In this document: positions 1 to 25,280 of the stretch, in pieces
Layout: each line of letters begins with the position of its first letter
Numbering within the stretch: position 1 is the first letter of the stretch
Source: the human T2T-CHM13v2.0 reference genome, Homo sapiens
Direction: 5' to 3' (one strand)
NCBI RefSeq assembly: GCF_009914755.1
Contig: NC_060940.1
DNA: 64,000 nt
The notes under the pieces: model-generated
What the model was told of the DNA's origin: nothing
The model's database searches: none
Seen by the model: only the letters and a program-made list of their open reading frames with translations
Made by a program: the position numbers and the translations under genes

Positions 1-2112
<2,112 letters not shown>

Positions 2113-2326
2113 TAAGCCTCAGAGGTTCGACAATTTGCCAGTAGTCATAAAGCTAGCAAAGGTGGTGGGGCTGGATTTGTTCCTAGTCCAATGCTTCAAT
2201 GTCATCCCCAAGCTGACAGAGAAGTGGAAACAGGGAGGGTGGCAGCTGCCTATCTCCAGTCCATACGCAGTCAGAGTCCTCAGAGGTTCCAAGCTGGCAA
2301 AGTTCAGGTTAACAATGGCCTGTGTG

Positions 2327-3170
<844 letters not shown>

Positions 3171-4841
3171 AGATAAAGTCTTATATCTCCCAGAAGCTCC
3201 TGAGCTTTTGGCCTTTGAGGTTTTCAAACTGCTGATTCCTTAGAGATCTCCAGTCTGCTATCCAACCCCTGCCCAGAAAAGAAACTGAAGCCCTGCAAAA
3301 TAGAACAGGGTCTATTCTATTTTGGGTCTGACAACAGGTCTCCCAGAAACCTGGCCGGAATCATGCCAGCCAGCACATACCACATGCTTCCTCTATGCTG
3401 GGCACTGGACTGAGTGTCTTATAAGGCACTATTCAATCCTCAGAACAACCTTGGAAGATGTATACTACCTCTGACACTAGTTCACATATGAAAAAACCAA
3501 GATGCAGAGAGATGGTTTATATTCTTTGTTCGGCTATTTTGTTTGCTTCTCACTGAGGGACGCTCATAAGCCGCATGGTCTGCCTGTCTGAAGCCACTTT
3601 TGGGCCCCACATGCACAGTCGGCATGACTCTGGCATGCTGGCAGGACTGAATCTGGAAATCTCTCTGTACCCAGGAGAAGACCCCAATGTCCACCCTCCA
3701 GGCCTGCCCCGGAGCTGCCCTCATGGATCTCAGCATGGCCAGGATATTGCTTACTCCAGGGCTCATGGAGGAGTCCCCAAGAAGCCTGGAAAAAGGGAGT
3801 CCAAGCTCCGTAAATTATATATAGTGTGACCTTTGGCAAGTAACCCAACCTCTCTGAGCTCATCTGAAAAAAAGAGATAATATCGATATCTCGACTTCAA
3901 GGAAAAAGGGAGAAAATGAGACATTCTGTGAAAGCTACTTCATGAACCCTAAGGTCTAGGTATAAGTCAGCTGTGGTAATGCCACAGGGTGAGGCAACTG
4001 CCACACTTTTGGTCAGGGGATGACCTACCCAGGCTTGCCCAACTCTGCCTCACAATGGCACCCAGGAAGGATAAGGCCTTGAGGTGCTTCCAGGAGAATG
4101 AGGAAAGACGCTACTCCACCCACTACTGCACTGGACAAGGGCAACACTGCTCCTCCAGCCTGCAACATCATTTTGATGGCAAGATCTGAGTTGGCCCACG
4201 GGAAGAAGGTTCAGGCAAAGATCCAGGATGCAAACGGGATAGCTGAACTTGCTGATAAGGAGTACCCAGAGCCAAACAGACACAGGTCAGGGACCACTGA
4301 GGCTGAGAACATAAAGACCTTGTGGGAAAGCACAGAGTTGTGTGGAAATGACTGTGAGCACATGGACCACTTGCAAATGAGACATCAGTCAGTATCTCCG
4401 TTCACTCATTCCTTCATCCTTCTACCAAGTATTTGTTGTCACAAGACTAGAGAAACAGTTGCAAACCTGGCCCTCAGATTCCAGCAAGAGAGATGGCACA
4501 TGACTAAGAATTATGCAGACAACTGACCAATGGCACATAGTGCAAGGGCTGTTGACAGAGGAAAGGAGCAGGGAGGCCAGAGGCAGAAGACATCATTCCG
4601 CTGCTGTAAAGTGGGGAAGGGATCGATTCTGAAGCACATTATTGATAAGATGGCTTGGGAAAAGGAAACAGAGACAGTAGAAGATTCACCATGCATTCTG
4701 TCACTCCAACTTCACTGCTTTTCCGTTAAATTTTGTAATCTAAAAATGCAGGGGACAGGCCATATCCCGTTTTCAGTAAGGTCTCAATAATATCCATGTG
4801 GAAAAAATGGAAAAATATGAGCTTCAGGAACTAAGTGATTC

Positions 4842-4977
4842 TTTTTTTTTTTTTTTAATATAGGGACGGGGTCTCGCCACTTGCCCAGGCTCATCTCGAA
4901 CTCCTGGGCTCAAGCAATCTGCCCACCTCGGCCTCCCAAAGTGCTGGGAATACAGGCGTGAGCCACCGCGCTCGGCC
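4842..4977 (-). mobile_element. Alu monomer (FLAM-like)
   Basis: Single left arm with TSD aactaagtgattctt / aacttagtgattctt. Confidence 0.85.
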
Positions 4978-7002
4978 AACTTAGTGATTCTTAAATGGCT
5001 GATGTCTTCCAGGACAAGCTCAACTATACACTGAAGGGCTCAAATCTTAACCTTCTCTTCTTCCTATATTTTTTAACAGTAACTTCATGAAAACATAAAC
5101 ACAAACAACAAATTTTAGATTAATACAACACTGAAAAGGGTATCAAATATTTGAGATACAACAAGTAAGAACACAGAAGGTGTTGACAGGCTGGAAAAAA
5201 AGTCAAAATACTACCAGATGAAATTTAATTACAAGATGTGTGAGGTCTTGGATGGGGGTCTATAAAAAGCATCCACTAAGGAGATGGATGTCTAAAAACA
5301 GCCTAAGGGCTTGAGGTGACATTAAAGTGGCCATCTGCTCTCTATGGGACCTTGGGACTTGACTGACAAAGAGTTCATGGCCCTTTGGTGGTCCCGGTGT
5401 ACATGAAAGGCCTGAAGGAGAGAGATGCAGGTGCAGAGGGAACAGTAGAGTCTGCCCCCATCCGTGAGCAAAATGTGGGCAAGCTGGAGGGATGTGAGGA
5501 AGGCAGCTATACAAGGGGGCAGGTGAAGTGGGGCTTGGATACAGGGTGAGAGCCCACAATAGTGGCCCCTGGGACTTTGACAGCAGAACCCAGAGCCAAG
5601 AAATAGCGGAATCAGAGTGCAGAGTGGAGAGTGAAGAGCTGTCTTGAGGCCCTGGCCCACCCTCTATCCACTAGCTCCTCACCATCTGGTCACTAGCAAC
5701 TGCAGCCAGGTGGTCATCAATTTCAGAGGAGGGTTTCTCTGATGTGCACCTAGGTCAGCTTAGCAGTGTCCGTGCTATGTTCTCGGCTGCCTAGCTACCA
5801 AGGCTTTCCTGCCAACTCTTGGCTGGGGCATCCAGTTGCAGGAATGCTGGCTCCTAGGCATGCAGCCCCAGCCATCAGCACTCCAATTCCCACTCAGGTC
5901 CCCTGATACTAGCTGTGCTCATCTCCTGGAGAAGTCATAGAGGGGATGTGGAGAGTTGCAGCCACCTTTTTACTGACCCTCAAGGCAAGGGAAATGGGAC
6001 TTCTAGGAGTTGGGTTCCAAGCAAAATGCCCAACTCCCTTTCCTGGCAGAGCTGCTGGCAGCTGGGCTGGTAGAGTTCTGCCAGTCCTCTCCTCACTATA
6101 CCATTCCATTCTGGAGAACTAGGGTGTGTAGATCGGGGACTTCTGCAAACCCAGGCAGGCAGACCAGGCTGTTAGTCACCACCTCAGGGCCAATGTGGCC
6201 AAATACCAGTTAGCACCTGGTAGGCACGGCATCAGAATAGCCAAAGTCTCTTCCTCTCAAGCCCTAATCCTAAATGTCTACGCATGTACAGGAACGCTCC
6301 TTCCAGGGATCCCACGGGCCCCATCCTCTTCCACTGATTGCTATTTCTCCTGGGTTTCTTCTCCTGGTTAACAACAGTACTAATCCAGCCATTTTCTCAC
6401 CTTTCCTTCTTGCAAGTGCACCCCATCTGTCACCAAGCCCTGCAGGGCCACATCTGGGCCTTTGTCCTGCACCCATCCCCACTGCCTTACCTCAGGCCAT
6501 CTGCCTCTTCCCCTGGTCTTTACTCTGGTCCATCCTTCATGGTTTCACCAGAAGCCTTTTTCAATGTAACTGCCCCGGCTGCTGCTCATTCACCAAGAAC
6601 AGACCAGAGGTCTGGCCCTATCTGACTCCCACCTGTCTGTTTACCTCCTGGACTAGTGCCACCCTCACTGCTGCTCCACAGCAACCAGCACCAAAGTCTG
6701 GGCCAGGTCACAGGCACGCAAACCACCACCACGCAACCTATGCAAGGGTTCCCCAAACTTCTCATCCAACGCCAAACCTTGCTCCAACAAGTGCCACCAA
6801 AGCCAAGATCACGACCAGGATACTGCTGTACTCTCAGCATCCTCCCTGGGCTGGATAAACGCAGCTGACTGGCTGGATGAACAAAGGCGTGCCCCTGCTA
6901 CCCTCTATTCACCTGAAAGGGCTCCAATGCCTGGAAATGGTGCGGTACCCCAGAGCTCAGCAGAGGCGACACTGCCTTGAGCACTTGCCCCTGAGCCTCT
7001 CA

Positions 7003-7281
<279 letters not shown>

Positions 7282-7590
7282 TCACAGAAGCCCACCCAGG
7301 TCTCTCAGCCTCTCCTCAGCCTGCCCCACCTCTGTCAGCACTCTTGGCTTCTAGCAGAGCCACCAATAGACAGAGTCTGGCTGTGAGTCCAGCAGGTGAC
7401 TGCCAAAGTAGCTGATGTAGCCCCACAGAGGAATGATCCCATGCTGCGGTTAACAGGAACCAAAACCATCAGTGACCCGGAAGGAACATACCAGAGGGTG
7501 GTACAACAAGGAGGTGGTCAAGGGAAGCCTTGTGAAGGAGTGGGAGCTGGAAGTAACCTTGGAAGTGTATCTGGCAGGTTGTTTAAAATG

Positions 7591-10258
<2,668 letters not shown>

Positions 10259-10259
10259 A

Positions 10260-11427
<1,168 letters not shown>

Positions 11428-13502
11428 CCAAGGTGTTAGAAAAGGGGAGAGGGGAGTGAAAAAGGAAGGAGGATGTGCAGGCAAAGGCATGAGTACAGGT
11501 GGGGCAGGAGTGGTGGAGCTGCAGAAGGGTTCGACTGCCTGGCTAAGGAGTAGAAATGGAACCCACAGAGCCATGACAAGCCCAGGACCTGCACAGGCTG
11601 GGGAGGTGATGGGCTGACAGGCAGGTCTACTCCCCAGGCACCCCTCCAGGTAGCTTCCCCAGTGTCTGCCTGCTTCCTCCTTGGGGCCTAAGCAGCATAC
11701 CATAGGAACATGCTTAAGCACATCCCTCTCCTCCCAAGTGGCATGGGTAGAGGCTCTCTCCTGAGTAGAGGATCTGAGTAGCCAGAAAGCAGGGCAAGGC
11801 TCAAACATTCACAGCACATGTTGTGTACGTGAATAGGCGAGGGCACAGGGTGTGGCCAGGCAGCAAGCAAAGGTGTGGGAATGAGAAAAGAAGGATAACA
11901 GGGCCAAGGGCTGACAAGAGAGGCAGAGAGTGTGACTGGAGAGGTGACACAGCCCAGACCCTGGAGCCTAAACTCAGCATTTAAATCAGCGAGCACAAAG
12001 GAAGTTGTCCCCTTGGTCACAGCACCCATCCCAAGCCTAGTGTACCCTGAGCTTTCACATCTTTTTATCCAGGAAGCCTCTATTTAAACAAAGATTCTCC
12101 AGCACCCACAGCGGGAAACAGGCCAAGACTGAACGGCTCTCAGAAACTGGTGGAGGCCCTCAGCCCTGCTGGTGCCTCCTGCATCTCCCCACCGCCATCA
12201 CCAGGAAACCAGTGTGAGAGCTGCTTGAGACTGGCTTTAGGAGGGCCAAAGCCTCTACCTGGATCCAGGCTCTATTCTCACCTTCTGAATTCCCCAAAGA
12301 CATTGGAACTGCCTGGCTCAGGGAACATGTTGCTGCTCTGAGCATCAACTCAGCTCCTAAGCTCACCAGGCCCAGCAGTGGGAGAGGCCTTTCTGTTTGC
12401 TAGTGGGTATGCAAATCATTTGACCTCAGAGAAATAGCTCTTTTGGGACAGAACAATGCCCATTCCCCACCAGAGGCAGGCTCATGAGGCCGTCACAGTC
12501 AAGGCCTTTTCTCAGGCATCAACTCGGGAGACACTATGGCTCCTGATGGCAGCGGCTGTTCCCCTGGTCTATAGCAGGCTATAGATGAGGGTGGCCAGCT
12601 GGACAGCAGTGAGGAGCAAAGTGAAAATCATCCCTCCAGGTCTAGCTCAGACTGTGGTGGCCCCAGGCATGCCCACCAGCTTGCCCTGACAGGATCCACA
12701 ACCATGGGCCACACCAGCCACAATAGCCCTCCTCCTACCCCTGCCCCTCATCCCTCAGATAGAGCACAGGGATTTCCCACTGCAAGGCAGTAACTGACAA
12801 CAATGTGGCAACCTGTTAGGAGGGCACCCATAACCCTGTGTGTTTGGCACAGCACAACAGATGTTGCCAGGGGTCTGGGATGCCAGGAGGTAAGGTGGGG
12901 CTCTCCTCAATGCTCCTTGACCTGCACAGCCCCCTAAAGCCAAGTCCACTGCTTATGTGGCCATGGGGGCACACCCCATCCAGCAAAGCCACTGCCCATT
13001 CCACCCTCCCCAAATAGTCTTTCAGGAAGGCTGCTTGCTGCTCCTCCAGGTCCTCTTAGAACTATGCCCAAGAACTAGTGGTATCCACTCTGTCCTCCCC
13101 TCTTGCCAGTGCATCATGATCCAGTTCAAATTCCTGCCTCCTGGAGTCTTTCATAACATCTTTTGGTTCTCCCCTTGCACACTGCCCATATCCCTGGTCC
13201 ACTGCCTGGTGCCTACCAAACCTCTTCAATCACCAGTCACTGTTCCCGGGACTGTCCATGCCCCCTCCCCCAAGATCATGAGCTCCTTGGTACAGGGGCC
13301 AAATGATCTCAGGAAAGTTCCTCCAGTGCCCAGCATGTCAGGAGTCTGACAAGTGGTACAGGTGTGTGCACAAGCACATATGTGTGTTTATGTGCCACCA
13401 GTGACCAGCCCCAGCTGTCAGCCTGCCTCTTTCTCACACAAGGATGATCCTGTATGACAGATTTTTATGCAAATTTTACTGTCCAGGAGGTATAAGACAT
13501 AA

Positions 13503-13832
<330 letters not shown>

Positions 13833-14129
13833 CCCTTTTTTCACTTTCTCAGGTTAGAACAGTAGATACTCTAGAAAACCTAACAACAATTTGGTCATTT
13901 GATTTATGAAAGCTCATGAAATCACCAGGAAGAACCTACTTAGTCAGTGATTCAAGGATATTTGGGAGATATTTTTGTCTCAGTGTATGGGAGTTCAATA
14001 TCCACTATGAAAACAACAGATGCTTAAATTTTCAAAGACCTAAAATTAAAATAAGTATTTTAAACACTTTTCTTTAAAAATAAACTATATAACTATTTTG
14101 ACAAAACGAGCACAGAATTTTTAGATTTT

Positions 14130-14680
14130 GCCTGTAATCCCAAGCACTTGGGAGGATGAGGTGGGAGGATCACTTGTGGCCAGGAGTTTGAAACCAGCCT
14201 GGCCAACATGGTGAAATCCCATCTCCACTTAAAAATAGAAAACTTAGCTGGGTGTGGTAGCACATGCCTATAGTCCTAGCTACTTGGGAGGCTGAAGCAT
14301 GAGAATCACTTGAACTGGGGAGGCGGAGATTGGAGTGACCTGAGATTGTGCCAATGCACTCAAGCCTGGGCAACAGAGCAAGATGTTGTCTCAAAAAAAA
14401 AGGCCAGGCTCAGTGGCTCACGCCTATAATCCCAGTACTTTGGGAGGCTGAGATGGGCAGACCACCTGAGGTCAGGAGTTTGAGACCAGCCTGGCCAACA
14501 TGGAGAAACCTCATCTCTACTAAAAATACAAAAATTAGCTGGGCGTGGTGGCGTGCTCCTGTAATCCCAGCTACTCAGGAGGCTGAGGCAGGAGAATCGC
14601 TTGAACCTGGGAGGTGGAGATTGCAGTGAGCTGAAATCGCGCCACTTCACTCCGTCTCAAAAAGAAAAAAAAAAGAAAGA
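14130..14680 (+). mobile_element. Two tandem Alus
   Basis: Alu consensus. Confidence 0.9.
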
Positions 14681-14887
14681 ATTTAAAAATTTTTAACTCT
14701 GGCTATAAATATGGATTTTAAATTAAAACAAAAACCAAAGAGCTCAATTAAAAAAAAAAAAGAATCAATTCAGGATTCACCATCACCTCAGTTTGGCTAG
14801 AAAAGAGATAAGTTTTCTGCTTTTCCAATTCCCAAATGATTTATCAATTTTTACAGATTTTCCCAGAGGGGAAAAATACACAGTACC

Positions 14888-15293
14888 TGTTACAGGCCGG
14901 ATAAGACCCCCACCCCAAAGATGTCCATGGTCTAATCCCCAGAACCTGTGACTATGTCACCTTTCATGGTAAAAAGGATTTTGCAGAAGTGATTAAGTTA
15001 AAGCCCTTGAAGTAGGGGATGACAGTGGATTATCCAGGTGGGCCAATGTAATCACAGGGTTCTTTATGAAATGGAAGATGCCTCACTGCTGGCTTTGAAG
15101 ATGGAGGATGCAGCCATGAGTCAAGGAACACAGGAGGCCGCTAGAAGCTAGAAAAGGCAAGGAATGAATTCTCCCCTAGGGCCTCCAGAAAGAACGCAGC
15201 CCTGCCAATATCTGGATTTTAGAATTTCTGTTCTCCAGAACTGTAAAATGATTATTTCAAGCCAACATTGTTACAGTAGCAACAGGAAATCTG
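14888..15293 (+). mobile_element. MaLR solo LTR, MLT1 family (MLT1D-like)
   Basis: Resembles the MLT1D consensus: ccccaaagatgtcca..ctaatcccc..aacctgtga..gtgattaag..ggattatccaggtgggcc..gaagctagaaaaggcaagga..gcctccagaaagaacgcagccctgcc. Confidence 0.8.
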
Positions 15294-15724
15294 AACCTAT
15301 TCTGGTAAGGGGTCTGCCATTACAGAGCTGTAATATATCTTCAACTGAAGCTATCAATATTTTTTTCCAGACACAATAAGTGTCTGTGTGTATATATAAG
15401 GTATATACCTTATATATATATATATTTACACAAGGATGTGTGCAAAAGGCAGTTGGAGGTTGAAAACAGAATGTTGCATACCTCATTTAGTATCACTGGC
15501 TGCTGCAGCAGCATGGTTTAAGGCCACCGTGTTGCCTTCACATCCTCTGGAAAGGACAAGCACTATCTGCTTGCCACCAAATAACTAACAAAGGCCTGCC
15601 CCAGGGAGTTTGCAAAGTGGGAGTAGGAAGTGTGAAAGGAATAAAGACAGGGAAAATGTAAATAAACAAATAGGAAAACAAGAAATACCTGGTAGATCAA
15701 GTATGCTCTAAAGAAAACAAGGCT

Positions 15725-16270
<546 letters not shown>

Positions 16271-16289
16271 AATGCAAAGCCAGATGATG

Positions 16290-17010
16290 GGCTAGCAATG
16301 GGAGGGGGGATGAGGACTGACTGGAATGGGGTAGTCAATTGAGTTCTTGCTGAGAGGGTGACTCCTGAGCAGAGGTCTGCTGGACAAGAGGAACAGAAGA
16401 AAAAACCTTCGGGGTAAAGGGTATGAACTCAGCATGTCTGAGAAACAGAAAAGCATCCAGTGGGGCTGGAGCTGAGCGAGACTTAGGAAAGACTCAGAGC
16501 AGAGTGGGCAGGACTCGCCAGGTGTGGGTGCAGCTAATGTGAGAGGAAAAAAGGATGGCATCCAGGTTTCTGGCCTGAGCAAACAAGTACATGGTGGCAC
16601 CATTTATCAAGAGAAAAGGAGGCTGGTCGCGGTGGCTCATGCCTGTGATCCCAGCACTTTGGGAGGCTGAGGCAGGCGGATCATGAGGTCAGGAGATCGA
16701 GACCATCCTGGCTAACATGGTGAAACCCCGTCTCTACTAAAAAATACAAAAAATTAGCCAGCGTGGTGGCGGGCACCTGTAGTCCCAGTTACTCAGGAGG
16801 CTGAGGCAGGAGAATGGCGTGAACCGGGAGGCGGAGCTTGCAGTGAGCAGAGATCGCACCACTGCACTCCAGCCTGGGCGACAGAGCAAGAGTCCTTCTC
16901 AAAAAAAAAAAAAAAAAAGAGACAAGGAAGATGGGTGGAAGGAACAGGCCCTTCGGAAGTGCTAAGCTTGAGATGTCTTATTAGACATCCAAGTAGCCAG
17001 CGGCTGAACA
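16290..17010 (+). mobile_element. L2 fragment interrupted by an AluY
   Basis: L2 3' motifs tccaggtttctggcctgagc..atggtggcaccattt and ttgagatgtcttattagacatccaagt. Confidence 0.6.
16621..16920 (+). mobile_element. AluY
   Basis: gagatcgagaccatcctggctaac..gaatggcgtgaacc..gcttgcagtgag. Confidence 0.92.
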
Positions 17011-18108
17011 AGGCAGGTAAGATGGTGGCAGGTCCAGGGACTTCGTGGCTCCTTCTCAGATGTAGAAAGTCCGTGATGGGGAACACTCATTAAACAGTGG
17101 TGTGGACAGAAAACTTTGAGTGAAGTCACTGGAGGATTTTCCTCCTGTGTTGTCCTGATACATACAATGGTTTTCTGTTTTTCCTTTGTGAGAAAGATTC
17201 AGGCTAGCTAAGGGCTACAAAGGACAGGACAAACATGCACCAAAGGCACCAGAAGCCCAAAGGAGTTGAGGAGATGATGGATTCAGTCATCCACCCCTTG
17301 TGAACCTGCTCCCCAGGCCTTGAGAAGTTGTACAGTGGAGAGGAACTGGCACTACACTGCCGTCTTGAGAAACTGGAAACCAGAAGGCCAGGGCTTAGCC
17401 CCGGCCCCATATTTTGCAGTGAGTCTGTTGTCAGCCTCAGGCTAGGATCCTCACACAGGCAGACTGGCCTCTGTTAGAAAGAGACTGTAGCCCTGGGTGC
17501 CAGGAAAGCCAGTGGGGCTGAAGTGCTTCTGCTCTCTGGTTCTGGCCACAGCACTGTTCTTCCCGTGATAGGCCCTGGCCAGTCACTCATCCTCAGACCT
17601 CGGACCCTGGTTCCCTTCTCTACAAAATGAGAGAAGAGGGAGTAGGCATGGTTGTCAAAGGGCCCTGGATGTCTACTTGTAGGAAACATTCTAAGACTCC
17701 AACCCACTTGCAGGTATAAATCCCATCAGAGGACAGAGGAAACTGAGGCACTAAGAGGCTGACTGGAGGCCTGTGGTCATGTAAATAACACTTCTCCCCT
17801 CCTCTGAGGGACACCCAGGGGAGCACCAAGCAGGTACTTGTGATGGTGAAGCCACCTCCTCCTTCCCGACCCAACCACCAAGCACCATGCCTAGGGTGCT
17901 GCCCTTCCCATTAAGGGGGGGTCCAGCAATTATGCCTGGGTGAGCAGCCCCTCCAGCCCCACCAACTTCTGCTTCAGAACTGGACAACCCTTTTCCCACT
18001 CCCACCCTGAAGCCAAAGTCAGCAACTTTCTAAACATGCACCCCTCCCTAGGTGGGTCTAGAGAGAGGATGGAGATGTGCCTAGAAGTGAGAGTTGTGAC
18101 CTGCACTA

Positions 18109-19971
<1,863 letters not shown>

Positions 19972-22586
19972 TCACCATCTTAAACCCTGGCTCTGCAGTA
20001 GAGTCTGGGCACTTCACATGTTCTGCTCCCTTCTGCCCAAAGGGAGCGGGTAGGGGTGGAGCTGGTGACTAGCCCCTCTCCTAATGAATGGCCACCGACG
20101 GCAGCCCCAGACCTGCTCCATTCTTGTTTCTGGCCTCCTGGGGAAGCAATCTAACCCTTGCAGCGCCAGGCAGGGTTCAACAGCCATGCCCAGTGGCTCT
20201 CAGAATGTCACTCTTGAGGCTGGCTGTGGAGGGATGAGTGCTGCGCTGGCTTGGCCAGAGTGCTTCCTGAGCATGGGGCCGTGTCCAGGTACATTGCGGG
20301 ACATCATGGCAGGGCTGCTCCACAAGGGTGGTCACTCACACAGAGCCATCACTCTCCAGAAATCCAGCAGACAGATGCTGTCCCCATAACCTCAACTATC
20401 TTAAAAAATCTGGCAGGACCCACGGCCTGGAGCAGCTCAACAATGGATAATGGGAAAGCAAAAGAGATTTTTTTTCATTCAGCAAATGCTGTGGGGTGGC
20501 ATCAGAGAACACCGCTGTCACAGCACTCCCATGGCTGTTCCCCTGAGCTTTTAGAACCAAGGAACAGGACCAATGCAACCATAAGGTGATGCCTCTGGCA
20601 CTGCAGGTAGGAAGGTCTGGCAGTGCCCTGGGTGCAGGGTCTTCTCTTCATGGTAGCTCAGCATGGAAGCCATGGTAAAGGGGGCAGGAGAAAAAGGCTA
20701 CCTCTACAGGTAGATGATGATACCAGGGGCTGACACCAAGTGGGGCATGCCTTCCCATGGGCACCTAGGCCCTCCACTGAGATAGGACCCAGGTGTCAGC
20801 TTGAAGTCATGGGCAGGGCAAGGAACAATACAGCTAGCACCTGCAGAAAAAGGGGCCTTGCACAGATCACACCCTCCCCACTCAGAAGAAGTAGATTCCT
20901 GATGGCCAGGAACGGCCCAGGGGGGCCAGGCTGGGTCTAGCTGGGTCTGGATAGGACATGGCTCAGATGGCATCTGGTCCATCTGGCAGCACTACCTGCC
21001 AACACCTTGTCCCGACAGGACAAGCTGGCTCTGTAACCCATACTGAACTAGGAAAGGTGTTGCAGTATCCTGCAAAACTGAGGTGCAACATCAGCTTGCC
21101 AGGCTAGGTGTCTCTCTTCTAGGGCTGGGTTTAGCTTTTGCTTGTTTCCCCGAGCTCCTTTTGAGCCTCCTGGGAAAGTCATTGGATGGGTGACCTATGG
21201 TAACATATGCCTGTGGCTCTGCGTACATCGTTGGGTCCTGAGCGACGGCCAACCCCTTCTCGAAAGGAGCTCCCGGAGTGGCATCCCCACATTCCCAGGG
21301 TCTCGGGATACAGATCCTCTGCTGGCACTAGGAAGGCAGGGGACTGAATGGGAACTGGTCTCCGCTCTGCTTCACCCTAATGTGGCCTCAGCCTCACCCA
21401 GTACAATTGAGAATCTCTGTTTTCAGACACTGACAAACTCAGGTTTCAGAACTGGCCCTCTGCTGTCGATGAAACCTTTTCTATCAAAGGACTTAACTTG
21501 CCCTGAAAAATCCAGTCTTAGAATGTTTACTTCTGTGAGAGAGGCTGGGGGCTAGTATTTGGAAGACGAAAACAGGACAGTATAGAGGAGGAATCCCATG
21601 CCCAGAATAAGACTTTTTAGGTCTGGCTGAGCTGCCTCGCTTGAAAAGGCTGCTGAGCAGCCCTGGTGTGCCGGGGTGATACAGGTCTCCTGTGGGTCAG
21701 GGAGGAGGCCCACAGAAAAGGAACACGCACTTGCTGGCCATAGGGCCGAGGGTGCTGCCAGCCCAGGGAGGAGTGGCAGGGAAGCAGAGAGCAAATTATC
21801 TGAAACAAGCTTCTCAGCATGGACCACAGCGTCCTGCAGCACTTACACCATTAGCCACCGCTTGAATCACCAGCTAAGTACCTCTGGGGCCCAAATACCA
21901 AACCACCCTCTGTTCTGGACGGCCCTGGAAAACCTGTTGCTGCTCAGAACTACAAGGCCTGGGACGTCTACTCCTTCACTCCCATCTAGGCCATGTGCCA
22001 AGGGTCTCTCGGAACGAGAAACAACAGAATGAGAAAGGCAGAGAGGGGCAAGGCAGCACCAGGTACACAAACCCAACCTATCTTCCCACAGCCCTGGTGC
22101 TGAACAGCTGCTCCAGCTAATTCAGAGACCCTCCTGTGTCATGAGCCCTTTTCCAGGCAGGGCTGCCTGGAGGCACCCTATAGGCTTGAACTACAGGGTG
22201 ACAATCAGTTGGTTTCTTCCCCCTACCAGCCTCAGTCAGGCACCGGCTGACAGAGTGCCCAATCATGCCAGGGGAGCAGAGGCTTGTTCCCAGAAGGAGT
22301 GACACCCAGAAGCATAGTGGGCCCTGATGGCTCAACTCACCCAGCTCGGAAGAAGCATGGCTTCCCTCACAGAGGGACCTGGCTGCCCCACAGCAGACCC
22401 CTGTGAAGTACTGTAGATCCCAAGGTGAAAGATGCTCCAGAGAGAGGTGGTGTTAATGGTGGACACTGCAGGGACTGTCAGCTGTAACATGGGTCCCAGG
22501 CTATATGGAACAGGAAAGAAGTGGTGCCTATTTGGCAGGTATAGACAAACAGCATTTCCAGACTACTAGAAACTCACCTACGTCAG

Positions 22587-22944
<358 letters not shown>

Positions 22945-24322
22945 CTACTGGTATTTGCTCAAAACAGAGACATCTTTCACTGGATGTGCTGTACTCTTAG
23001 GAGGACAGGGAGGAACGATATCAAACACCTTGTTATTTCTTTTCATTGCTTGCCACTCAGGCAGGGACTAGCCTCTGCCCTTGTGAACCTGGCACAGACC
23101 CCTGGTGTTCTGCCCTGATCTCTGCTATCAGTGGTTCCTCTTCCATGGCACACGCAGATGTGAAATATCAGCTGTTTGCAGAACGTGTCCTACCCAGCAG
23201 AAGCAGCTTCCTGTTGGGCCTATGCCTCTAACAGCTCACTCAGAGCAAGCCTGGTAAGGTAAGCTCTAGGGGAAGGAAAGATGCTCACTTGATCAGGACC
23301 ATCCTGTGGAAGCAAAGCAGACAGCCCCTACCTCTCCTCCCACAAAGGCCAGGGCCTGGTTGCCAGGCACCACATGTTTCAGGAGGTATGTCCCCTATCC
23401 CCAATCCCTGCTGTAGTTCTTCCAGCTATTCCTTTTCCAACAGTTACAGTCAAGGAAAGTATGCTTCAACGGGCCTGATGCTGCTTTGAGGCATTGTAGT
23501 AACTACGGTAATGTATGTCACACCGAGCGAACAGCTGCCTGCACTACAGAAATGGCAAGGAGGAAATTATCAACTACCCAGCTCTGATGCAGCTGGGCCT
23601 CCTATCAACACAGCCTGAGTCTCCCTGGCTCTGGCTGAGGCACAAGACACAGAAGCAAGATTTGTCTTTCTCCCACCCCCTTAAAGTGCCAAGCCTGGGA
23701 GACGCCCAAACCCCACTCTCTCCATCAACAACCCTGACTTCGTCTTCTTGCTTCCCCAGTCCAGTACCCTGGCCTCTGCCCTTCCCTGCCAGCTCACCGA
23801 CACCAGGGTGGGGCTGCAGTTGGATTCACCTGCCCTGCTTCCGAGTCATTTAGCCAAGAGTTCTGACATTTTTATTTTGGGGCCACACCCGTTCCTTGGT
23901 TTCACACCTAAGAAGGCCAAAAAACACCTTGCAAAAGATAAACATCAAAACTTCCACATCTTCCAGCAGAAACCTCTGACCATGCAAACTAAGACATGCC
24001 CATAGGCTCCCAGGAAAGTCTGAGCACCACAGCCTCACTGGAGAGGGACTTTCTGTTATCATCTGCCCCAGGTTCCAAGCAAGACCCCAGGGTGTCTGCC
24101 CTCTGCGTCTAACAGCTCTACTGGCAAAGATGTCCTTGCTGAGCCAGTGCAACCTACAAGAAAACACTCAAAACATCAACATCTTGACTTTGATTGCTGT
24201 GCCATCTTTTTCTATAATTTGACTACAGCTACCGTACTAAACACGCCTATTCAAACACAGAAGACCAAGCACTTGAGAGAAAAGGTAGTTTCAATGATAC
24301 CTAACTCCACTCTAACACATAA

Positions 24323-25040
<718 letters not shown>

Positions 25041-25044
25041 GTAA

Positions 25045-25280
25045 GAATAACTAATATTTATGTACCCCTTTTCTGTGTCAGGCACTAGTCTAAGCATGTT
25101 ACAGGAATTAACTCAATCCTCATAACCATCCTATATATGAGTTAGATACTAGTATCACTTTCATTTACAGAGGGGGAAAATGAGGCAGAGCAGTAAAGTA
25201 ACTCACTCCAGGTAACACAGCCGCCAGGATGCAAATGCAGGTGGTATAGCTCCAGAATCCATGCTCTGCTCCACCAGCTG
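25045..25280 (-). mobile_element. MIR SINE
   Basis: aatcctcataaccatcctat..atttacagagggggaaaatgaggcagag..aagtaactcactccaggtaacacagc, MIR core. Confidence 0.7.

Noticed and set aside
3296-3324. 10-bp stem CAAAATAGAA..TTCTATTTTG
   Set aside because: Short, AT-rich and isolated, with no functional context.
16967-16993. Hairpin cttgagatgtcttattagacatccaag
   Set aside because: Part of the L2 consensus 3' region.
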